From: Candidatus Tanganyikabacteria bacterium
GTDB lineage: Bacteria; Cyanobacteriota; Sericytochromatia; S15B-MN24; VGJW01
DNA length: 64,000 nt
Assembly: GCA_016867265.1 (NCBI GenBank)
Contig: VGJW01000010.1
Span: forward strand, 35,525-99,524
Direction of reading: 5' to 3'
A program made the position numbers and the translations under genes. The notes below the pieces were generated by a model. It was not told the DNA's origin and did no database searches. It saw only the letters and a list, made by a program, of their open reading frames with translations. Shown piece by piece: positions 9,520-22,126 of the stretch (positions within the stretch are counted from its first letter, which is position 1; each line of letters starts with the position of its first letter).

Positions 9520-11142
9520 ATGGCCAAGCTCATCGAATGCGTACCCAACATCAGCGAGGGTCGTGACCCCGTCCGGATTGAGGCCGCGCGCGCCGCGCTG
9601 GCCCGGGACCCCCGCATCACGGTGCTCGACGTCAAGCCTGACGAGAACCACCACCGGACGGTGCTGACCTTCGCGGGTCCGGCCGAGGCGATGGAAGATG
9701 CCGTGCTCAGGCTTTTCGGGGAAGTCATGGCCTGGATCGACCTGCGCCAGCATCAGGGCGAGCATCCCCGGATGGGTGCCGTGGACGTCGTCCCCTTCGT
9801 GCCGCTGGGAGAGGCCACCATGGCCGATTGCACCGCATTGGCCGAGTCCGTGGCGCGGGTCGTGGCGGCGCGCTTCCAGGTGCCGGTCTACCTGTACGCC
9901 GAGGCCGCGCGCCGCCCCGAGCGCAAGGTGCTCGCCAACATCCGCAAGGGCGAGTTCGAGGGCCTCGCGGCCAAGATGGCCGACCCGGCGTGGGCGCCAG
10001 ACTTCGGCCCCGCGGCGCCCCATCCGACGGCGGGGGCGGTGGCCGTCGGCGCCCGTCCCTTCCTGATTGCCTACAACCTGCAACTCAACACCCGCGACGT
10101 GAAGGTCGCCCAGGAGATTGCCAAGGCCGTCCGAGCCTCGGGCGGCGGCCTGGCCAACGTCCAGGCGATGGGCGTTCACCTGGCCGACCGCGACGTGGCG
10201 CAGGTCTCGATGAACCTGCTGGATTACCGCAGGACGCCCATCCGCCGTGTCCAGGAGCTGGTCAAGGCCGAGGCGGCACGCTTCGGGGCGAGCGTGACGG
10301 ATGCCGAGATTGTCGGCCTCGTCCCCGAGGACGCCCTGCTCGGGGCGGCTGCTGATTACTTGCAGTTGCCGGGATCCTGCGCCGAACTCATCCTTGAGCG
10401 GCGCCTCGAGGGAGGGGCGCAGGCGGAACCCGAGGTCGGGGGCTACCAGCCCGAGCGCATCGGGGAGCTTCGGCTCGCCCGGTTCCTGGCCGACATGGTC
10501 TCTCGCCAGGCCGTCCCGGGTGGCGGCTGTGCCGCGGCCTTTGCCGGTGCCATGGGTGCCTCCCTTGTTGGCATGGTCGGGGCCCTGACCGAGGGTCGCA
10601 AGGGTTTCGAGAGCGTGGCCGTGACGGCCGAGAACCTGCGGGAGCAGGGCGGGGAGCTATCGGAGGCCCTGCTCAATGCCGTGGCCGATGACGCTGGCGC
10701 CTTCGAGAAGGTGATGGAGGGATTCCGGCTGCCCAAGGCCACGGATGAGGAGCGGGCGGCACGCACGGCCGCGCTCGAGGAGGCCAACCGGGGCGCGACC
10801 GAGGTTCCCCTGCAAGCTGCCCGCGAGGCTTTGGCTGCAGCCGAGTTGGCCTTGTCGGCGCTCGAGCACGGGGTGCCCCAGGCGGCATCCGATGCCGGCT
10901 GCGGGGCCTTGCTGGCCTTGGCGGGTGTCGAGGGTGCCCTGCTGAACGTCGCGATCAACCTGGGTGGCCTGGCGGACGCGGCCTGGGCGGCCGAGCGGCG
11001 CGAGGAAGCCGTGGCGATGCTGGTCCGTGCCGCTCGGCTGCGTGAGGACCTCTGGAGCTTGCTGCGGGCGCGCGTCCCGGTCATCGACGCGATGGCAGAG
11101 GAAGCCGCCGCGGCCCATCTTGCCGAGGGGGCTATTTCGTGA
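9520..11142 (+). CDS. ftcD: bifunctional glutamate formimidoyltransferase / formimidoyl-THF cyclodeaminase
   Basis: N-terminus MAKLIECVPNISEGRD is the formiminotransferase signature; C-terminal half (GGGCAAAFAGAMGASLVGMV) matches cyclodeaminase; 540 aa like the eukaryotic fused FTCD. Confidence 0.85.
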   Translation: MAKLIECVPNISEGRDPVRIEAARAALARDPRITVLDVKPDENHHRTVLTFAGPAEAMEDAVLRLFGEVMAWIDLRQHQGEHPRMGAVDVVPFVPLGEATMADCTALAESVARVVAARFQVPVYLYAEAARRPERKVLANIRKGEFEGLAAKMADPAWAPDFGPAAPHPTAGAVAVGARPFLIAYNLQLNTRDVKVAQEIAKAVRASGGGLANVQAMGVHLADRDVAQVSMNLLDYRRTPIRRVQELVKAEAARFGASVTDAEIVGLVPEDALLGAAADYLQLPGSCAELILERRLEGGAQAEPEVGGYQPERIGELRLARFLADMVSRQAVPGGGCAAAFAGAMGASLVGMVGALTEGRKGFESVAVTAENLREQGGELSEALLNAVADDAGAFEKVMEGFRLPKATDEERAARTAALEEANRGATEVPLQAAREALAAAELALSALEHGVPQAASDAGCGALLALAGVEGALLNVAINLGGLADAAWAAERREEAVAMLVRAARLREDLWSLLRARVPVIDAMAEEAAAAHLAEGAIS

Positions 11143-12680
11143 CGGGCGCAGGGCCGCTTGGCGTTCGGGGCCATGGCCTGACGCTGAGCGAGGTCCGGGA
11201 GGTCGCCCGCGAGGGTCGGCGCGCCGTGCTCGACGACGGCGCCCGCAGCCGGATGCAGCTGTCGCGCGACCGGATTGAGGCCGTGGTCCGGGGTGGTGAG
11301 GTCGTCTATGGCGTCAACACCGGATTCGGGGCCCTCAAGGACCGTCGCATCCCGGACGGCAGCCTGGCCCAGTTGCAGCAGAACCTGTTGCGCAGCCATG
11401 CGGCCGGCGTGGGCGAGCCGTTCCCGCCCGATGTGGTGCGGGCGATGCTGTTGTTGCGCGCCAATGCCCTGGCGGTGGGTGCGTCGGGCATCCGCCCGCT
11501 GGTCGTGGATCGCCTCCTCGAGATGCTGGCCCGGGACCTGTTGCCCGAGGTGCCCTGCCAGGGCTCCGTCGGGGCCTCGGGCGATCTGGCTCCGCTCGCA
11601 CATCTGGCCTTGCCACTCACGGGAGAGGGCTGGGTCCTGCACCGGGGCGTTCGCCGTCCCGCCACCGAGGCGCTTGCTGCCGAGGCGCTCGAGCCGCTCG
11701 TGCTCGAGGCCAAGGAGGGGCTCGCCCTGATCAACGGCACGCAGGCCATGACGGCTGTCGGTGTCCTCGCCGCCGAGGACGCGCTCGCGCTCTTCCGGCT
11801 CGCGGACGTGGTCGCGGCCCTTTCCGTCGATGCCTTGCTCGGATCGCGGCAGCCCTTCGATCCCGAGTTCCATGCCCTGCGACCCCATGCCGGCCAGGCG
11901 GCCAGCGCCGCCAACCTGTGGCGCCTGCTCGACGGTAGCCCGATCATTGCCTCGCACCTCGATTGCGACCGGGTGCAGGACCCTTACTCGTTGCGCTGCA
12001 CGCCCCAGGTCCACGGGGCCAGCCGCGATGCCCTGGACCATGTTCGCCGTGTGCTCGAGGTCGAAATCAACTCCGCGACGGACAACCCGCTGATCCTCCC
12101 GGGATCGGGGCAGGTCCTTACCGGCGGGCACTTCCACGGTCAACCCGTTGCCCTCGTCATGGATTTCCTCAAGGTCGCGGCCTGCGAGGTCGCCAACCTG
12201 TCGAGCTGCAGGCTCGAGCGCCTCGTCAACCCACACTACTCACAGGGCTTGCCGGCTTTCCTGACGCCGGACGGCGGCCTGCATTCGGGTTACATGATTG
12301 CCCAGTACACGGCGGCGGCCCTCGTCAGCGAGAACAAGGTCCTCGCTCATCCGGCCAGCGTGGATTCGATCCCGACGGGTGCCGGCCAAGAGGACCACGT
12401 AAGCATGGGCACGATCGCGGCACGCCAGGCGGCCCAAATCGTCGGGAACCTGACGCATGTGTTGGCCCTTGAATTGCTCTGTGCCATCCAGGCCCTTGGC
12501 TTCCGGGCCCCGCTCGTGCCGGGCGCTGCCGCGTTGGCGCTCGTTGCCGAGGTCCGGTGCAAGGTGCCCCCCCTTGCCGAGGACAGGCATGTGGGCGATG
12601 ACGTCGCGTCCCTGGTGCGCCTCGTGCGCGGGGGGCGTCTCCTCGCAGTTGCCGAAGAAGTCGTGGGGGCCCTCGCGTGA
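11139..12680 (+). CDS. hutH: histidine ammonia-lyase
   Basis: GTGA overlap with ftcD; MIO-forming GASGDLAPLAHLAL motif; 513 aa. Confidence 0.9.
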   Translation: MTGAGPLGVRGHGLTLSEVREVAREGRRAVLDDGARSRMQLSRDRIEAVVRGGEVVYGVNTGFGALKDRRIPDGSLAQLQQNLLRSHAAGVGEPFPPDVVRAMLLLRANALAVGASGIRPLVVDRLLEMLARDLLPEVPCQGSVGASGDLAPLAHLALPLTGEGWVLHRGVRRPATEALAAEALEPLVLEAKEGLALINGTQAMTAVGVLAAEDALALFRLADVVAALSVDALLGSRQPFDPEFHALRPHAGQAASAANLWRLLDGSPIIASHLDCDRVQDPYSLRCTPQVHGASRDALDHVRRVLEVEINSATDNPLILPGSGQVLTGGHFHGQPVALVMDFLKVAACEVANLSSCRLERLVNPHYSQGLPAFLTPDGGLHSGYMIAQYTAAALVSENKVLAHPASVDSIPTGAGQEDHVSMGTIAARQAAQIVGNLTHVLALELLCAIQALGFRAPLVPGAAALALVAEVRCKVPPLAEDRHVGDDVASLVRLVRGGRLLAVAEEVVGALA

Positions 12681-13372
12681 ACGCCTTTCTCGCCCGCGTC
12701 CGGGGCAAGCTCATCATTTCCTGCCAGGCTCAGCCAGGCGAACCGCTGCACGGCAGCAGCCACATGGCCGCCATGGCCCGCGCTGCCGCCGAGGCGGGCG
12801 CGGGTGCCATCCGTGCCGAAAGCCCGGCGGACATCGCCGCGATTCGTGCGGCCGTCGACCTGCCGATCCTCGGGCTGTACAAGAAGAAGGTCTTCGAGGG
12901 CAACTGGTGCCGCATCACGCCGACGTTCGAGACGGCCCGCGAGGTCGTGGCCGCCGGTGCCGATGCCATCGCGACCGAGGCTACGGGGGCTCCGCGCCCG
13001 GATGGTCAGGCGCTGACGCAATTCCTGACGCTGTGCATGCTCGAGCTGGAACGTCCGGTCATCGCCGATGTCTCGACGGTCGAGGAGGGCCTGATGGCCG
13101 CTGAGCAGGGTGCCGTGGCCGTGGCGACGACCATGGCCGGTTACACGCTGCAGAGCGGGGGCCCGCGGACGACGCCGGACTTCGACCTGCTCGAGGCGCT
13201 CGTGGCGCGCTGCCCGGTGCCCGTGATCCTCGAAGGCCATGTCTGGGAGCCGGCGCAGGTGACGGAGGGTTTTCGCCGGGGCGCCCATGCCGTGGTGGTG
13301 GGCTCGGCCATCACCCGCCCCCAGCTGATTGCACGACGCTTCGTCGACGCCGTGCCCCCGCGGGAGGCCTGA
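12677..13372 (+). CDS. nanE: putative N-acetylmannosamine-6-phosphate 2-epimerase (NanE family)
   Basis: GTGA overlap with hutH; KLIISCQAQPGEPLHGSSHMAAMARAA matches NanE family N-terminus; 231 aa. Confidence 0.65.
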   Translation: MNAFLARVRGKLIISCQAQPGEPLHGSSHMAAMARAAAEAGAGAIRAESPADIAAIRAAVDLPILGLYKKKVFEGNWCRITPTFETAREVVAAGADAIATEATGAPRPDGQALTQFLTLCMLELERPVIADVSTVEEGLMAAEQGAVAVATTMAGYTLQSGGPRTTPDFDLLEALVARCPVPVILEGHVWEPAQVTEGFRRGAHAVVVGSAITRPQLIARRFVDAVPPREA

Positions 13373-13374
13373 AG

Positions 13375-14304
13375 ATGCCTGCGGCTGGCTGGACTATCGG
13401 CCTGGATGTCGGGGGCACCAAGGTGCTCGGGGGCCTCGTCGCCGAGGATGGTCGCGTGGCTGCCACGGCGCGTCGCGACACGCCGGTTGGCGAGGGAGCG
13501 GCCGGCATCCTTGCCACGATGGCGGCCGTTGCACGGGATCTCGTCCAGGGTGCCGTCGGGCCCGTGGTGGGCGTGGGCGTCTCGACCGCCGGCCATGTCG
13601 AGGCTGCGACAGGTACGGTCGTCGACGGCACGCCCAATCTGCCTGGCTGGGCGGGGACACCCGTCGCGGCCTGGCTTTCGGATGAACTTGGCCTGCCGGT
13701 ATGCGCAGACAATGACGCCAATGCCGCGGCGTGGGCCGAGGCATGGTGCGGGGCCGGCAAGGGCTTGCGGACGGTCGTGGCCGTCACGCTAGGGACCGGT
13801 TTCGGCGGGGGCGTCGTGGATGCCGGCCATGTGCTGCGCGGCGCGCGCGGGGGCGGGGCCGAGCTGGGTCACATGATCTTGGTGCCGGATGGCCGGCCGT
13901 GCAATTGCGGTCGCTCGGGCTGCGTCGAGGCCTATCTTTCGGGCACGGCGCTCGGGCGCGAGGCCGAGAGGCTCTGGGGCGCCGGTGCGGATGCCCATGT
14001 GCTCTTCGCACGGGCCGAGTCCGGCGATCGGCTGGCGCGTGAGGTGCTCGAGGTCTTCTCGGCTCACCTCGCGACCGTGATGGTCAGCCTGACGAGCCTG
14101 TTCGACCCCGAGGTGATCCTGATCGGCGGTGGCCTGTCGCGGCGTGCAGAGGCCTACTTGCCACGGATGAAGGCCCGGATGGACCTGATTCTGGCGGGGC
14201 GACGCTGGTCGTCGGACATGGTGAGGCTGGCGGCATTGGGCGAATCGGCCGGGTTCATCGGGGCGGCGGGGCAGGCGTGGCAGCAGTCCGGCATCCTTCG
14301 CTGA
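13375..14304 (+). CDS. ROK-family sugar kinase (glucokinase/ManNAc kinase-like), no HTH
   Basis: IGLDVGGTKVLGGLV ATP-binding start, CNCGRSGCVEAYLSG zinc motif of ROK family; no N-terminal DNA-binding domain. Confidence 0.75.
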   Translation: MPAAGWTIGLDVGGTKVLGGLVAEDGRVAATARRDTPVGEGAAGILATMAAVARDLVQGAVGPVVGVGVSTAGHVEAATGTVVDGTPNLPGWAGTPVAAWLSDELGLPVCADNDANAAAWAEAWCGAGKGLRTVVAVTLGTGFGGGVVDAGHVLRGARGGGAELGHMILVPDGRPCNCGRSGCVEAYLSGTALGREAERLWGAGADAHVLFARAESGDRLAREVLEVFSAHLATVMVSLTSLFDPEVILIGGGLSRRAEAYLPRMKARMDLILAGRRWSSDMVRLAALGESAGFIGAAGQAWQQSGILR

Positions 14305-15458
14305 TCCTGGCGGCCGCGCTGGCCATCGCGGCGCCCGTCCTCGCGACGCTGCCCCAGCCTGTCGCCATGGCTGCGCCCATGACCCTGGGCGAGCCCGCGT
14401 GGGATCCGGCGGCAGGAGTCCTGTCGCTGCCTGTCGGGGGGCCTGTGGCCTGGGTGGTTCGCACGGCAGGTTCCGAAGTCGTCGTCGAGATCCTGGATGC
14501 CCGCCTGCGCCGTTCCCTCGACCGCAAGGTCGCCACGCGATTCGGGGCGGTCGGCTTGTCGCTGCGGTCCGTTTCCGGCGTCGTGCCGCGGGTGCGCCTG
14601 TCATTCCGGTGGCCTGTGGGCCTGCGGCCCGATCTGGTCGTGCAGGAAGGTCCCGGCGTGCTGATCCTGAAACCCGGCGTCCGACGGGCGGGCGAAGCCG
14701 AGCTCGAAACCCTGCCCGGCCGTGTCGGCGACGCCCGACCCCTCTTGCGGACGCCCCCCCCGCAGGTCGAGCCGACGCCCGGGCCTTCGCTACTCACCGT
14801 CGCCCAGCCCGAGATGACGCCTCCTGCCGACGGCGACGATTCGTCGCGCAAGGCCGTGCGGCGCGACAAGGCGTCCTCGTCGCGGGTCCGTCCCCGCTCG
14901 ATGGCCGTACTCTTTCTCGAGCAGGTCGAGACGCTGGACCAGCGGGCGAGGGGCCTGCACGTCGGCTATCCGCTCGGCCTGAGTCAGGCGTGGCTGGAGC
15001 ACTGGTGGACCCCGTGGCTGGGATCGAGCTTCTCGTGGCGGCAGCTGGGCTGGACGGCAAGAGGCCCGGAGGGTCTCATCCAGCGCCAGGACGATCGCAT
15101 TCAGGCCGGTGCCGGCGCGCGCTGGGTGCCCTTCGACGGCCTCGACGCGCAGGTGTGGGCGGGACTGGCCGCGCGTCAGTCCGTCGTCCTGCCCGAGCCG
15201 CCCCGGTCCTCGTTCGATCCGTCGCTTGGCGTCGTGGTCCAGGTGCTGCCGCTGGCTCCCGTGACGCTGCGCGTCCATGGGCAGGCCTATGGCCCGGCTG
15301 CGGATGGCAGCCTGCCCTACCGGGCGGGTGCCGATCTGCTGATCGACGCGGGTCCCACGGTCTGGACCTTTGGCTACGACCACGACGAGGGGCCGACACC
15401 GGGCGGGCAGCAGACCATCTTGGGCGCGCTGCGGCTTGGCGTTGGCTGGAGCTGGTAG
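14277..15458 (+). CDS. secreted AMIN-domain-like protein, C-terminal Trp/Gly-rich region ending GVGWSW
   Basis: Signal-like LILAAALAIAAPVLA; GVLSLPVGGPVAWVVRTAGSEVVVEILDARL resembles the AMIN beta-sandwich pattern; aromatic C-terminus suggests OM beta-barrel; overlaps ROK gene by 28 nt so start uncertain. Confidence 0.45.
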   Translation: MAAVRHPSLILAAALAIAAPVLATLPQPVAMAAPMTLGEPAWDPAAGVLSLPVGGPVAWVVRTAGSEVVVEILDARLRRSLDRKVATRFGAVGLSLRSVSGVVPRVRLSFRWPVGLRPDLVVQEGPGVLILKPGVRRAGEAELETLPGRVGDARPLLRTPPPQVEPTPGPSLLTVAQPEMTPPADGDDSSRKAVRRDKASSSRVRPRSMAVLFLEQVETLDQRARGLHVGYPLGLSQAWLEHWWTPWLGSSFSWRQLGWTARGPEGLIQRQDDRIQAGAGARWVPFDGLDAQVWAGLAARQSVVLPEPPRSSFDPSLGVVVQVLPLAPVTLRVHGQAYGPAADGSLPYRAGADLLIDAGPTVWTFGYDHDEGPTPGGQQTILGALRLGVGWSW

Positions 15459-15515
15459 TGTCGGGGCCCGAGAGGCTTTGACGAGGCCTCTGGGTCATGT
15501 TATGAAGAGCTGGCT

Positions 15516-15542
15516 TTGGCACTCGCGATGCCTGAGTGCTAA
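15516..15542. promoter_or_regulatory. CIRCE operator (HrcA binding site) TTGGCACTC-N9-GAGTGCTAA
   Basis: One mismatch to consensus TTAGCACTC-N9-GAGTGCTAA, exactly 9-nt spacer, immediately upstream of hrcA. Confidence 0.75.
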
Positions 15543-15565
15543 CGGGAAACCCTCAGGAAACGACC

Positions 15566-16596
15566 TTGCTGAACCAGCGCCAGCGGGACATTCTTCGCGC
15601 CGTCGTCGATGACTATGTCTCGACGGCGGAGCCCGTCGGCTCGCGCACGCTCTCGCGCAAGTACGGCCTCGGCCTGTCTCCCGCGACCATCCGCAATGCC
15701 CTTGCCGACCTCGAGGACGAGGGCCTGTTGCGGCAGCCGCACACCTCGGCCGGCCGGGTTCCTTCGGACCAGGGCTACAGGGTCTTCGTCGAGGAGCTGA
15801 TGGCCCTCTCGCCGCTCGCGCCTTCCGTGCGAGCCGATCTCCTGCGGCGCCAGGCCGAGGCGGAAGATCTGCGCGACCTCCTGACGCAGACGGCTCGTCT
15901 GGCCGCCGTCCTCTCCGGGTGTACGGCGATTGTCCGGTCGCCGCGGCCCGCAGGAGCCCGGATCCGGGCTCTTTCGCTGGTCCCCGTGACGGATCGGAAG
16001 CTCTTGCTTGTCGTCGTCTCTTCCACGGGGGCCGTGACCCATCGGCAGGTCCTGCTGGAAGAGCCCATCGCCCCGGAGGAGGTTGCCGCGTTGGCCGTGG
16101 GCTTGCAGCAGCACCTTCTCGAGCGTCCCCTCGATGCCTTGACCGGCCGCGTGCTCGAGGGCCTCGCTGAGCGCATGGGGCGTCATCGGGACCTGATCCG
16201 GCAAGTCATCGGCAGGGTCGAGGCCCCGGACGACGCGGTCGTCATCGCGCACACGGCCCATCTGGCCCGCCAGCCCGAGTTCCAGCAACGCGTCGACGGC
16301 TTGCTCGACTTCCTCGATCGGCCCGACCGGGTCTTGCGCTGGATGCAGGAGGTGCGCGGCGGCTCGTCCTCGCCGGGCGCCGTGACCATCCGCATCGGTG
16401 CGGAGCATCGCGATCCTGAGCTGCAGGGGTGCAGTGTCGTCGCCGCATCCTATACGATAGGAGATGAAGTCGCCGGCGAGGTGGCGGTCCTTGGCCCGAC
16501 CCGGCTGGACTATGCGACGGCGGTGACGGCGGTGTCGGCACTGGCTGCCGGCTTGTCCGAGGTTTTCGGTGCCCGGTTGCCGGGCGAGGGGAGGCA

Positions 16597-16600
<4 letters not shown>
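15566..16600 (+). CDS. hrcA: heat-inducible transcription repressor HrcA
   Basis: LNQRQRDILRAVVDDYVSTAEPVGSRTLSRKYGLGLSPATIRNALADLEDEGLL is canonical HrcA; track start (GTG 15536) lies inside the CIRCE repeat so the TTG at 15566 is preferred; start uncertain. Confidence 0.85.
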
Positions 16601-19150
<2,550 letters not shown>

Positions 19151-19158
19151 AGCCGCCG

Positions 19159-20280
19159 TTGCCACGCGACTGCTATGAAGTCCTCGGAGTGTCCCGCACG
19201 GCCTCCGAGGACGACATCAAGAAGGCCTACCGCAAGCTGGCCCGCCAGTTCCATCCGGACGTCAACAAGGACCCGGACGCCGGCGAGAAGTTTAAGGAGG
19301 CCACTGAGTCCTACGCCATCCTCTCGGATGCCGAGAAGCGTTCCCGTTACGACCAGTTCGGGCACGCCGGGGTCGAGGGGGCGGCTCGGGGCTTTGATCC
19401 CCATGCCGCGGGCTTCGGTGATCTCTCGGATATCTTCGAGGCGTTCTTCGGCGGCGGGATGCGTCGAGGCGGGCGCCGCGGACCGGAGCGGGGTGCCGAT
19501 GTCCAACTGGGCGTCCGCATCACCTTCGCTGAGGCCTACGCCGGGACCGAGCGGACGCTCGAGGTTGCGGCTATGGCGCGCTGCGATACTTGCCGCGGTT
19601 CCGGTGCCAAGGAAGGCTCGTCGCCCGTGACGTGCGCGACCTGCCACGGCGTCGGGCAGGTTCAGCAGACCCAGCGCACGCCCTTCGGGCATTTCGCGAC
19701 GGTCGTCGGCTGTCCCGCCTGCGAGGGCGAGGGCCGGACCATTGCGGCCAAGTGCGGCTCCTGCAAGGGACAGGGCCGGGTGCGCAAGACCCGCGAGATG
19801 AGCATGCGCATTCCGCCCGGCTCGGACCAGGGCCTTCGCATCCGTTCGACGGGCGACGGGGACGTGGGGCCGCGTGGTGGGCCGCCTGGTGACCTGTTCG
19901 TGCACGTCCAGGTCGAGGGCGACTCTCGCTTTGTTCGTGAAGGTACCGAGCTGTTCCACGAATTGCCGGTGTCCTTTCCCCAGCTGGCGCTCGGCGACGA
20001 GGTGGAGGTGCCCACGATGGAGGGCAGCCACAAGATGGTCATTCCCGAGGGGACGCAGACGGGTACCGAGTTCGTCCTGCGTGGCCAAGGCTTTCCGGCC
20101 TTGCGCGAGGGACGCCGCAAGGGCGATCTGCACGTGATCCTGCGCCTCGTGGTGCCGCGCAAGCTTTCGGAGGCCGAGCGCGAGGCTTTGCGGCAGTTCG
20201 ACGCGGCTCATCGTCAGGAGGCGACCAAGGAGGGCCACGGATTCATGGACTTCCTGCGCGGGGTGCTGGGCGGACGCTGA
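19159..20280 (+). CDS. dnaJ: molecular chaperone DnaJ
   Basis: J-domain [33 protein letters not shown], Gly/Phe region, four CxxCxGxG zinc repeats. Confidence 0.9.
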   Translation: MPRDCYEVLGVSRTASEDDIKKAYRKLARQFHPDVNKDPDAGEKFKEATESYAILSDAEKRSRYDQFGHAGVEGAARGFDPHAAGFGDLSDIFEAFFGGGMRRGGRRGPERGADVQLGVRITFAEAYAGTERTLEVAAMARCDTCRGSGAKEGSSPVTCATCHGVGQVQQTQRTPFGHFATVVGCPACEGEGRTIAAKCGSCKGQGRVRKTREMSMRIPPGSDQGLRIRSTGDGDVGPRGGPPGDLFVHVQVEGDSRFVREGTELFHELPVSFPQLALGDEVEVPTMEGSHKMVIPEGTQTGTEFVLRGQGFPALREGRRKGDLHVILRLVVPRKLSEAEREALRQFDAAHRQEATKEGHGFMDFLRGVLGGR

Positions 20281-20290
20281 GGCGAAGGCT

Positions 20291-22081
20291 TCAGGTCTGG
20301 CCGGCCGGGTTTGCGGCCAGGCGGCAGCGAGTGATTTCGGCTTCGAGGTCTGCCAGGATCTGTCGCGCGCGTGTGACTTCGGCAGCGCGATCGGAGGCGG
20401 GTTCGACGTGGCGACGCCCGAAGGGGAAGAAGCGCCAACCTGACGGCCGGAGTTCGGGCGTTGCGGCCTCGAGGGTCGCCAGCTCCTGTCGCAGTTCCTC
20501 GGCACGCCGTGCCAGCTGATCCGCACGCGTGGCCATCAGGGTTCGTCTCGCGTCGTCCTCGGCCCGCTGTTCCTGTCGGTGTTGCCACGCCCTCAGGCGC
20601 GCACCGGCCTCGGCGCCAAGCGTCACGCGCCGGTCCTCAGGCAGGAGTTCCCAGAGCCTTCCCAGGCCCTCGCGCAGGGTCTCGCCTTCTGCGTCGTCCG
20701 ACATCACCCGGGCCATGCCTTGCCAGAGGGGCGATGCTTCCGTATCGATGCCGATAGGGCCTTCCGGCAGCCGTTCCAGCAGGGCGGCCCAGTCGGGGCC
20801 GAGCGGCCCCCGGGCTCGCTCGAGCCGGGCCACGGCCCTGGATGCCCGCCCCAGCCGATCGAGGCGCTCCGCGCGTCGCGGGGACTCCTGGCGCAGGGCG
20901 TCCCTCAAGATGCCCGCCACGACCGGCGCCAGCACCAGGTGTCCGTCATCGTCGTGATCGAGTGCTTCGGCGTGTGTCGTCAGCCAGAGGAAGGCCGATT
21001 GCGCCTCGCCGGGATCGGCCAGGACGATCTCGAGGGCATCCTGGCTGATGGGGCCTAGGAAGGCGGCGGCTTCCATCCAGCGGATGCCTTCCTCGGACTT
21101 CCACCAGCGGATGCGGCGGGCGGCGTGCTGCAGCGCAAGCCCGCGCCCCCTGCCGTCCGTGTCGCACCAGAGCGCCAGCAGGAACGGCAGGCCGCCGGTG
21201 GCTTCGAGGGCTTCCCCGGCCCGATTGGGTGCGAGGCCGCGTGCTTCGAGGTAGGCGGCCACGTCCTCGGGGCCGAACCGCGCAAGGTCCACTTCGCGAA
21301 TCTGGTGCATCAGGACGTCCCACCGGCGCAGGGGGTCCGTATCGCGCAGGCGTTGCCGGCCGCACACGAGCATGCGGAGGTCGATGCCCGAGCCCGGGGC
21401 GTCGAGCGTGGGCAGGCCCCAGGCGAGCAGCCAATGGCCCAGCGTGGGATGGAGTGCCTCGTGTGTGTCGAGGACCATCAGGACCCGGGCGGGGGGCTGG
21501 GCGACCGGCGCCTGCAGCAGTCGCTCCCAGCCCTGCTGGGGGCGCAGGCCTTCCTTGAGGTCCTCGCGCAATGCGTGTGCCAAGGCGCGCATCGGCTGCA
21601 GCATGAGGTCCTGTTCTTCGCGGTCCCTTGTCCACGCGTGCACCGCCGCTTCATAGCCCTGCCGCACCCGGGCATCCGGGGTCTGTCCGGTTTCTGCCGT
21701 GGCGTCCAGGGCTTCGTCGAGGCCGGCCAGAAGCCCCTCGGGGGCTCCGCCGTCGACAAGGCGGCCGCGCAACCTGCGCAGCATATGGAGGGCCTGGCGC
21801 AGCCGTGCGAAGCGCAGGGGGGGCAGGTCACGCGGGGCCACGGAGCGGTCCACGAGGCCTTCGAGCGCGTCCAGCAGGCCGACGCGCCCGCCCGTTTCGT
21901 CCAGGGCGAGGCGGGCCGTTTCGGGTGCGGCCTGGTCAAGGCGCTCGAGGACGACTTCCTTGAGCGTCGTCTTGCCGATGCCGCCGGGGCCGTGCAGGTT
22001 CACGAAACGTTTGCCCGGTGGGCCGGAAAGGTCACGGGCGACGGTGGCGAGCACCTGTTCGCGGCCGATGAAAAGGCGCAT
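20291..22081 (-). CDS. NB-ARC/STAND-like P-loop NTPase with C-terminal helical/coiled-coil region, no effector or HTH domain
   Basis: N-terminus MRLFIGREQVLATVARDL...KRFVNLHGPGGIGKTTL (Walker A), RVLMVLDTHE (Walker B); C-terminus Ala/Arg/Glu-rich coiled coil; convergent on dnaJ with 10-bp gap. Confidence 0.6.
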   Translation of the reverse strand: MRLFIGREQVLATVARDLSGPPGKRFVNLHGPGGIGKTTLKEVVLERLDQAAPETARLALDETGGRVGLLDALEGLVDRSVAPRDLPPLRFARLRQALHMLRRLRGRLVDGGAPEGLLAGLDEALDATAETGQTPDARVRQGYEAAVHAWTRDREEQDLMLQPMRALAHALREDLKEGLRPQQGWERLLQAPVAQPPARVLMVLDTHEALHPTLGHWLLAWGLPTLDAPGSGIDLRMLVCGRQRLRDTDPLRRWDVLMHQIREVDLARFGPEDVAAYLEARGLAPNRAGEALEATGGLPFLLALWCDTDGRGRGLALQHAARRIRWWKSEEGIRWMEAAAFLGPISQDALEIVLADPGEAQSAFLWLTTHAEALDHDDDGHLVLAPVVAGILRDALRQESPRRAERLDRLGRASRAVARLERARGPLGPDWAALLERLPEGPIGIDTEASPLWQGMARVMSDDAEGETLREGLGRLWELLPEDRRVTLGAEAGARLRAWQHRQEQRAEDDARRTLMATRADQLARRAEELRQELATLEAATPELRPSGWRFFPFGRRHVEPASDRAAEVTRARQILADLEAEITRCRLAANPAGQT

Positions 22082-22126
22082 GCTGTCGAGGTTAAGGTCG
22101 GTCGTGCATCGGGGTCAAGGTGGTTC

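Noticed and set aside
10443-12236. 597-aa minus-strand ORF
   Set aside because: Antisense to ftcD/hutH; Ala/Arg/Ser-rich, no domain.
21125-22126. N-terminal 330 aa of the 536-aa plus-strand ORF
   Set aside because: Antisense to the STAND NTPase gene; only the C-terminal 202 aa (from GTG 22127, lipobox) look like a real protein.
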